Shown: positions 47,100 to 54,002 of the stretch, piece by piece | How positions within the stretch are numbered: position 1 is the first letter of the stretch | How the letters are laid out: each line of letters begins with the position of its first letter | Source: Verrucomicrobiota bacterium | Lineage (GTDB): Bacteria > Verrucomicrobiota > Verrucomicrobiia > Opitutales > Coraliomargaritaceae | NCBI GenBank assembly: GCA_039815375.1 | Contig: JBCBZJ010000003.1 | Span: 32,001 to 96,000 of the forward strand | DNA: 64,000 bases | Direction: 5' to 3' | Position numbers and translations under genes: made by a program | The notes under the pieces: generated by a model | Told to the model about the DNA's origin: nothing | The model's input: the letters and a program-made list of their open reading frames with translations, nothing else | Databases searched by the model: none

Positions 47100-47680
47100 T
47101 CGAAGGTTCATGCGGTCGGGGACCGACCTGCGCTACCAGGTTTAGTAGATTCCCGTTGTTTGGTGTAGTTCGGAATCTGTTATAGGTAGCGCGGCCCCGT
47201 CCCGGGGCGCATATCCGTCGTGCTGGCTGGTCGTTTCGAAGGTTCATGCGGTCGGGGACCGACCTGCGCTACCAAGTTTAGTAGATTCTCGTTGTTTGGT
47301 GCACTTTGGAATCTGTTATGGGTAGCGCGGCCCCGTCCCGGGGCGCAGATGCGTTGTGCTGGCCGGTCGTTTCGAAGTTTCGTGCGGTCGGGGACCGACC
47401 TGCGCTACCAAGTTTAGTAGATTCCCGTTGTTTGGTGCAGTTTGGAATCTGTTATGGGTAGCGCGGCCCCGTCCCGGGGCGCACATGCGTCGTGCTGGCC
47501 GGTCGTTTCGAAAGTGCGTGCGGTCGGGGACCGACCTGCGCTACCAGGTTTAGTAGATTCCCGTTGTTTGGTGTAGTTCGGAATCTGTTATGGGTAGCGC
47601 GGCCCCGTCCCGGGGCGCATATCCGTCGTGCTGGCCGGTCGTTTCGAAATTTCATGCGGTCGGGGACCGACCTGCGCTAC
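47100..47680. repeat. tandem REP/BIME-like array with 136-bp period (4 REP doublets plus 1 lone REP)
   Basis: GCGGTCGGGGACCGACCTGCGCTAC at 47112, 47248, 47384, 47520, 47656; GTAGCGCGGCCCCGTCCCGGGGCGC at 47186, 47322, 47458, 47594. Confidence 0.95.
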
Positions 47681-48135
47681 CTTTCGAACTCGGTTGCGTT
47701 CCAAGTGTATGGCCAATCCTCGGGCCTTTGAGTAAGGTTGGCTCTGACCGGGTTCTGTCTGAGGTAGTTTTCTTTTTCTTCAAGCGATGATTGATCCCGG
47801 ATACGGTGTTCAAAAAATCCATCCTGCCACTCGATTCCAGCGGATCGATTTAGAAAGCGCTTCCATGGTGAGATGATCTCTCGAATTGAGTAGGTCGCTG
47901 TGTTCAGCGAAAGTAAACCGTGGATATGATCAGGCATTAAAACGACGAGTTGAGGCCACCATTTGTTGTTTTTTGTATAGTGCCGAACAGCTTCTTTGAT
48001 CACTGAGGCATTGCCGTTTCGAATCAGCGAATCGACATTTCGTGTTTTTGCATTGATTGTAATGAAGTAGGTTGCTCCGTCTCGAACCCAAGTAGGCATA
48101 CTGTGTTCCAGGCGTGCTCGGTGAAACTGAGGCAT
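47677..48135 (-). mobile_element. REP-associated tyrosine transposase (RAYT, IS200/IS605-related Y1 HUH)
   Basis: TYFITI, MPDHIH (HUH), WQDGFFEHRIR, YLRQNPVRA, EDWPY motifs; flanked by GTAG REPs. Confidence 0.93.
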
Positions 48136-48189
48136 ACGAAAATAACGTGAGCTTCCAGTCGCGCGTGTCAGCCATATTTTAGATTATGG

Positions 48190-48276
48190 GTAGCGCGGCC
48201 CCGTCCCGGGGCGCACATGCGTCGTGCTGGCCGGTCGTTTCAAAGGTTCGTGCAGTCGGGGACCGACCTGCGCTAC
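48190..48276. repeat. single REP doublet (87 bp) upstream of the RAYT
   Basis: Same two REPs and linker as in the array; one stem substitution in the second REP. Confidence 0.93.
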
Positions 48277-48306
48277 CAGCTGGAACTCATGTCAATATGG
48301 ATCGCC

Positions 48307-49704
48307 TCAATCAGAGGCGGTGCTCTCCGAATATTTGGGCTTCATTGTCATCCATGATTTTGTGGATGGCTTGTTCTTGTTTTTCGATATGGGAAAGCAA
48401 GCTTCGGTTCGGCGCAGGAAGTAGGCGCAGGCGACAAAGCACAGGCCGACGGCCACGCCGAACAGCAGGACAACAAAAAGCTTATCGGCCGTTGTCGTCT
48501 CGGTGAGTCCCATCTCTACCCCGGAGATCTGTAGTGCGCCGCCGATGACGACGAAGGCGACGGCGCGGGCAATTTTGACACCGGACTTCTGGAGTGCGAA
48601 GAAAAGGCTCTCTTTGCGCTTACCTGTCTTCGCTTCATCTTGGTCGATCAGGTCGGTAATCATCGAGTCGACGAGGAAGACCGATCCGCAGAGCACACCC
48701 CCAAAAGCCGAAATGAGAATCGGCGGCCATATTTGACCGGCGGGAAGTAATGGATATGCAATGATCCCCATGATTCCGAGCAGGCCGACGGAGACCCATG
48801 CGGGACGTGCCTTGCCATAGCGCTTTGAGAGTTTCACCCACAGCGGGATCGAGAGAACGATACAGAGCGTGAAAATCGGAAATATGATACGAGTGACGTC
48901 TTCCTCGCTTAGGTTAAGAACAAGGCGATAGTAAAGTAGAGCCAGAGCTGCATTTACAGTCCGTCCGATTGCAGCGATGATCGATGCTGTCATGATGCGG
49001 CGGAAGAACTTTTCTTTTAAAACGGCTAGTGCCTCTCGAAAGCTAGGCAGTTCGACTTGACGGCCTGCAGCACTGGCGTGGTCGACCTTTCGCAAGCCGA
49101 TGAATGTAATGATCGATGCAAAGACGACCATTGCTGCCAGGACGTAGCCGCCGATTGTTCTGGATCGTGCGGCCGCTTCGATACTTTCGCCTCCGAGAAA
49201 GAAGCCGGGGATGGTGCTACCGATAATCAAGCCAAGGATTCCGAGCCCAAGTCGTGATGCGAGCAGCTTGTTGCGCTCGTCCGACTTGTGGCTCAGCTCT
49301 GCGCTCATGCTGGTTTGCGGCAGGTCAATCAAGGTCATTCCTGTATTCACCAGAGAGTAGGCAATAAGCAGATGCAGAAAGAGGGAGAGCTCACTTTGAG
49401 CTGCATTGGCGGAAAAGAGATAGGCAATTGAGCCGCCGAGAATGACTCCGCCTCCAAGAACGAAGCTGGTATAGAGAACGCCTTTCTGGCGGGCTTTAAA
49501 TAGGCACACGGAAACAACGAGATCACTGATCGCATCCCAGAGTATTGCGATCGCGAATGCGGTGCCTGCCAAGGCTGGGGATAGCCCCAAGAGCCGGGTG
49601 AAAAAATCAAAGAGATACAGCTGTAGCATCATCTCGATCGCAACCTTGCCGGTGCTGGCGCTCCCGTAGGTGACGAAGTGATGAAACTTCAAGACTCTCA
49701 CCAT
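48307..49704 (-). CDS. MFS transporter, GPH/MelB-like
   Basis: WDAISD, SAELS...ERNKL, TGKRKES motifs, many TMs; start taken at MVRVL. Confidence 0.85.
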   Translation of the reverse strand: MVRVLKFHHFVTYGSASTGKVAIEMMLQLYLFDFFTRLLGLSPALAGTAFAIAILWDAISDLVVSVCLFKARQKGVLYTSFVLGGGVILGGSIAYLFSANAAQSELSLFLHLLIAYSLVNTGMTLIDLPQTSMSAELSHKSDERNKLLASRLGLGILGLIIGSTIPGFFLGGESIEAAARSRTIGGYVLAAMVVFASIITFIGLRKVDHASAAGRQVELPSFREALAVLKEKFFRRIMTASIIAAIGRTVNAALALLYYRLVLNLSEEDVTRIIFPIFTLCIVLSIPLWVKLSKRYGKARPAWVSVGLLGIMGIIAYPLLPAGQIWPPILISAFGGVLCGSVFLVDSMITDLIDQDEAKTGKRKESLFFALQKSGVKIARAVAFVVIGGALQISGVEMGLTETTTADKLFVVLLFGVAVGLCFVACAYFLRRTEACFPISKNKNKPSTKSWMTMKPKYSESTASD

Positions 49705-49723
49705 CTTAAAATTAATTAGCTGA

Positions 49724-50599
49724 TTAGCGGCTACGGCGTAGTCTTGGAAAAAGTGAAGGCGTGCTATCCTTATATGCCTGATAGGCTTCAAGGTGGCCCC
49801 ACTTCGCATCAGCACGTTTCTCCAGCATCGGGACGCCGCTCACATAATTGAGCAATGCAAACTTAAACAGAGGCGAGGCGAGTGCTAGGAATTGCCAGCC
49901 GACCAAGGTTGGACTGGCGATGATTGCAATTCCGACCCAAAGCGTTATCTCACCGAAGTAGTTCGGGTGCCTGGAGTGCGCCCAGAGGCCCGTAGCGATA
50001 AACCGGCCCTCATTTTCTGGGTCTTTTTTGAAGCGGGTCTTTTGCATATCTGCGATCGTTTCAAATCCGTAGCCAAAGAACCAAATCGCGGCCCCAGCGA
50101 ATAAAAAGCCGTCAACGCTTCCCGTTGGCTGCAAAAGGGCAACAATCACAGGAGCAAGAGCAAACGCCACCCAAAGTCCTTGTGCGGTCCATGCAAAAAG
50201 AAAACGCGGGAACGACTTTTTTATCTCATCGAAGCGTTGGTCTTTGCCAGACCGTCGGACGCGGCGAAACAAAAAGAACGACAGACGCCCTCCCCAGAGC
50301 ACAACCATCGCAAATAAAGTGATAGAGCGAAAGTCCACGGACGGTCCAAGAGCCAAACAGAACGCGGTCACTGCCATGAAACTCGAGCCTCCAACTAAGT
50401 CGTAAAAATGCTCTGTTTGCTTGAACCAGGCGGGAATAAAAGCCATCCACTGGATGCCGAATGCAAGTCCGATAACTGCAGCGATAATGTTGCGCGAGGC
50501 TGCAGTTTCGCTGTCACGCCCAAGCGCAAGTATTAGGACTACCCCAATGCTCACGGCAATGGTGGTTCCTAGGATTGCAGTTCTGGTGGCGGAATTCAT
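49724..50599 (-). CDS. DUF1295 (steroid 5-alpha reductase-like) membrane protein
   Basis: KDQRFDEIK, ADMQK, GLWAHSRHPNYFGE, SGVPMLE. Confidence 0.88.
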   Translation of the reverse strand: MNSATRTAILGTTIAVSIGVVLILALGRDSETAASRNIIAAVIGLAFGIQWMAFIPAWFKQTEHFYDLVGGSSFMAVTAFCLALGPSVDFRSITLFAMVVLWGGRLSFFLFRRVRRSGKDQRFDEIKKSFPRFLFAWTAQGLWVAFALAPVIVALLQPTGSVDGFLFAGAAIWFFGYGFETIADMQKTRFKKDPENEGRFIATGLWAHSRHPNYFGEITLWVGIAIIASPTLVGWQFLALASPLFKFALLNYVSGVPMLEKRADAKWGHLEAYQAYKDSTPSLFPRLRRSR

Positions 50600-50814
50600 T
50601 TTTTTTGAGTCTGGCTTTTCAGCTGCGCACAATGAGCAGTAATATAAAATCGAAGTTATCGCCAGTAACATACAGTTTTGTCGTTTTCTCTTGAAAAAGC
50701 GCAGATGCCTGCCGAGTGGACTTGAATAGTTGAGAAGTTGAACAGATGGCATAACCTCCTGATGAGAAATGAGCTTGTGCTCGCATTTCGCACTTCTTTA
50801 GCTAGGATTCCGGA

Positions 50815-51597
50815 GTGCAAGTAAATCGAATTCACCTTTCAACCTGCCTCATTCTGACTTTTGGGTTCACCTATCAGTTGGTAGCCGAGTCGTCCTGGGC
50901 CAGCAAAGCCTTCTCTCTCTTCAAGTCGAACGAAGAGGCGATTGTGGAAAGCGATCTTTTTAAAGATGCGGACGAATTGGCAAAGGCTCTTCGGGAGACT
51001 CTGGCAGTCTCGGCAGAAAGAGCCTTAACGGATCTCGCGCGTGAGGGTGGCTTTTCAAGTTCAACGAATGCGATTTCGCTGCCGGCCAGTGTGGAGAAGC
51101 TGCGCAAGCCTCTTGCTTTGGTGAAGCAGGATCACTTACTGGACGATGCCGAGGCGACGATGAATCGGGCAGCCGAACTCGGGGTTGCCGCAGCTCCAGG
51201 TATCGTTAAAAATGCAATTAACAGCCTCACACTCAAAGATCTCGAGACGCTTTGGAAAGGAGAGGACGACGCGGTGACTCGCTTTTTAGAATCGAAGTCC
51301 CGTTCCGCACTCTCCGAAAAAACGCTACCTCTGATTTCTAAAGCCACAGAGCAGAGTGGAGCCACCAAGACTTACAAGGAGCTCATCGCGGCAGTTCCCG
51401 ATACCAAAGGCGGACTTTTTTCGAAGATACAATCTTTTACCGGTATCGGTGCTTCCAGTTTCGATCTCGACGAATACATCAACGATCAGGCGCTTGATGC
51501 TCTCTTTGCCACGATGGCCGCTGAGGAAAAACAAATTCGTGAAAATCCAGCGGCGCAGACGACCGACCTCTTAAAGCGACTTTTTAGTAGTAATTGA
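50815..51597 (+). CDS. DUF4197 domain secreted protein
   Basis: MNRAAE, ALDALF..MAAEEKQIRENP..TTDLLKRLF. Confidence 0.85.
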   Translation: MQVNRIHLSTCLILTFGFTYQLVAESSWASKAFSLFKSNEEAIVESDLFKDADELAKALRETLAVSAERALTDLAREGGFSSSTNAISLPASVEKLRKPLALVKQDHLLDDAEATMNRAAELGVAAAPGIVKNAINSLTLKDLETLWKGEDDAVTRFLESKSRSALSEKTLPLISKATEQSGATKTYKELIAAVPDTKGGLFSKIQSFTGIGASSFDLDEYINDQALDALFATMAAEEKQIRENPAAQTTDLLKRLFSSN

Positions 51598-51627
51598 ATC
51601 GCGCAGGAATATAGCGTTTTGAGGAAG

Positions 51628-51684
51628 AGCGTAGCTCTGTTCCAGGGCGCGCCGCATCATGTTGACTGGGTGTTTTCGAATTTC
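51628..51684 (+). repeat. decayed copy of the REP doublet (first REP plus linker)
   Basis: AGCGTAGCTCTGTTCCAGGGCGC...GCATCATGTTGACTGG...TTTCGAA aligns to AGCGCGGCCCCGTCCCGGGGCGC...GCGTCGTGCTGGCCGG...TTTCGAA. Confidence 0.7.
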
Positions 51685-51853
51685 TTAGCTGAGAAGCGCA
51701 CATCGCTGTCCGTCAGAGCTGCAGTCACGTAGGATTGCGACGCGCGGATCTAAAATCGGTGGTTCTTTGGTTTCTAAAATGACCAATAGTTATCTCGAAA
51801 TTTGCATTTTTATTTTGTATGATTACTGCTGAATTTTAGGAGTTCTTTAGTCC

Positions 51854-53230
51854 ATGAATCAGTTAATTACATACTCTACGTGTATTTTTTTAATAGTATC
51901 ATCTGGCCATGCGCTCGACCCATCGGGCTCTTGGAAATCAGGTGATTTTGAGCAAAGTTTTTTGACGACAACAGACCCTTTCAGTGTCAACTGGAGCAGT
52001 AGTGATATTGCAATTGAGGACATAACAATTGGATCAAACCGAGAGATCACGGATTCAGATTCAACAGGCCTTTGGTTCTTTTCGGATAATTTATTCAATG
52101 CAGTCGATGCTTCGAATGATACTGCTTGTGTGCCAATTACCGAAAATTTGGATGTCTTCTCATTTGTGTCCAATGAGTTTTTTTCGGACGAAAGTGGCTT
52201 GTTTGAGGAAGTTGACTTTGAAATTGGAGTCCGATTGCCGGAAACAGACTTCACCGCAGCAGATGTTGCAGGCACCTGGCACCTTTTCCGTCAGACTGAC
52301 GTAACTTTTGAGAGCAACGAGTCAGACGATTCCGGGTATGCAGTGATTTTCCACGCGAGAGACGAACTCGTCTTGAATAGTAATGGGACCTTCACTTTGA
52401 CTGAAATTGAAACGACAGACCCTTCAGGAGTGGACAGTCCTTTCAGCGGAACGTGGAATACTGCAAATCGGCAAATCAACCTCATGGTTGGAAACGATAG
52501 CCTGAATATAGCGAACATCTCTTCCGGCTTGGACACCTTTATAAATCACCGGCTGGAAACTTTTAATAATGCTACTTTCACTAACTTCGACCGATCCATT
52601 GAGGTTGCGATCAAGGAGCCCTCAACTCTAAGTAGCACTGACGTTTTGGGCCTATGGGCATTGACTGAGTTTACGACTGACGTCGACACAAGCGGAGGGG
52701 CAACGAACTTCCTTTTCAGCGATGCCTATTACGGGATGGGTTATGTCACTTTCAAGGCCGATGGAACAGGGACACTTGAGATCTTTGAAACGAGCAATGC
52801 ATCCGAATTCATTAGTGGGAGTTTTTTGTGGGTAGTTGTAGGAAACAAGATCCGGATCATAGATTCAGAACTCGATTCAATTGAATTTTTTGTTTCGGCA
52901 GAAAAAGACTTTGGAGTCAGCTTGTATATCCAGAATGAATCTGGCGGAGACAATGAATTGTATAACTTTGCGACGCTCTGCAAACTACCTGATGCGCCAG
53001 GGTTCAGCGCATCTCAGTCTAATATCATCCTTGGCGCTAGTCCCGATATTAGCGTCGAAACTGAAAGTGGCCTTTTTTATCAACTGCAGCGTAGCGTCAA
53101 CTTAGAAGCATGGTCTGATGTTGGAGAGCCGATTGCGGGCGATGGCACTGTCCAGAATGCACAGGATCTTTCTGCGCCAAATGATCGCGCATTTTATCGC
53201 TGGACGATTGTCGTGCCCGCTCAAGATTGA
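51854..53230 (+). CDS. secreted acidic beta-rich protein with Verrucomicrobia-type C-terminal module
   Basis: Signal peptide; repeated GxW units; C-terminal YQLQRSVNLEAW...RAFYR; AT-rich. Confidence 0.7.
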   Translation: MNQLITYSTCIFLIVSSGHALDPSGSWKSGDFEQSFLTTTDPFSVNWSSSDIAIEDITIGSNREITDSDSTGLWFFSDNLFNAVDASNDTACVPITENLDVFSFVSNEFFSDESGLFEEVDFEIGVRLPETDFTAADVAGTWHLFRQTDVTFESNESDDSGYAVIFHARDELVLNSNGTFTLTEIETTDPSGVDSPFSGTWNTANRQINLMVGNDSLNIANISSGLDTFINHRLETFNNATFTNFDRSIEVAIKEPSTLSSTDVLGLWALTEFTTDVDTSGGATNFLFSDAYYGMGYVTFKADGTGTLEIFETSNASEFISGSFLWVVVGNKIRIIDSELDSIEFFVSAEKDFGVSLYIQNESGGDNELYNFATLCKLPDAPGFSASQSNIILGASPDISVETESGLFYQLQRSVNLEAWSDVGEPIAGDGTVQNAQDLSAPNDRAFYRWTIVVPAQD

Positions 53231-53309
53231 TGGGCTGGATTTATTACCAATTTCGGCTATGCGGGGGCTTTGCCACCTCATGTAAAAGGCGTTTCTAAGC
53301 GGAACTGCT

Positions 53310-54002
53310 CTAGCATCCGGTAGCCGGAATGACTTGCTTCGGTGCGATGGCAAATGCTTTGCAGTCCGTCTTGGATTCGATCTTTTTCCCTCCTGTAAAT
53401 TCCGAGAATGCAGGCAGAATCGCGTATCTTTTACCGAAGTAGAAGCAGGGAAGCGTGATCGAATCGTTACGACTGTGCATAGAAAGCAGCGGGTGTATAT
53501 GTCCGCCGATCGTGTAGTTTTCTGTTGTTTCGTTGGGGTCGTGGACGAGGTCGAAGGGCCCAACTCGAATTGAAGCAGAAGTCTTCTCGATGTCCCATTT
53601 TTCTGGTAGATCCGGGAAATGCCGGTCGTGGTTGCCGGGAATAAGTTGCATCTCAATAGGGTTTTGTATCCGCCATTTGGATACTTCTTGGATGACCTCT
53701 TCGCTCATGCCATCTCGATTGTGGATCAGATCGCCAAGAACATAGACCCGTTCAGCGGGTCGGCTGTTGATGCAACTCGCGAGGCGAGCAAGATCAGATC
53801 CCAAAACGCCGTGTGGCAAACTTCTGCCCCGGACGCGGAAGGCTTCGTCTTTACCCCAGTGAAGGTCTGCGACGAGGAGGGCACACTGGCTAGGCCAGTA
53901 GATCGCTCGTTGGTGAAGCAGCTCGAGCCGTTCGCCGAGAAGCTCAATCAGACAGCTGCCGTTAGGATTGTTTTGTTGAAGGAGCGTTGCTACCGGAGCC
54001 AT
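53310..54002 (-). CDS. pdeM: ligase-associated DNA damage response endonuclease PdeM (metallophosphoesterase)
   Basis: ADLHWGK, LGDLIH, GNHD, GHIHP, LPAFSEFTGG. Confidence 0.9.
   Translation of the reverse strand: MAPVATLLQQNNPNGSCLIELLGERLELLHQRAIYWPSQCALLVADLHWGKDEAFRVRGRSLPHGVLGSDLARLASCINSRPAERVYVLGDLIHNRDGMSEEVIQEVSKWRIQNPIEMQLIPGNHDRHFPDLPEKWDIEKTSASIRVGPFDLVHDPNETTENYTIGGHIHPLLSMHSRNDSITLPCFYFGKRYAILPAFSEFTGGKKIESKTDCKAFAIAPKQVIPATGC

Noticed and set aside
47100..47680. CRISPR array
   Set aside because: The intervening sequences are near-identical rather than unique spacers, there are no cas genes, and GTAG hairpins plus the RAYT explain it
47220..47790. Short ORFs (MLAGRF..., MGSAAP...) in the repeat array and at 48186-48506
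   Set aside because: They are translations of the REP units, shifting frame with the 136-bp period
51791..51808. Third MarR operator (TATCTCGAAATTTGCATT)
   Set aside because: Only the left half-site matches
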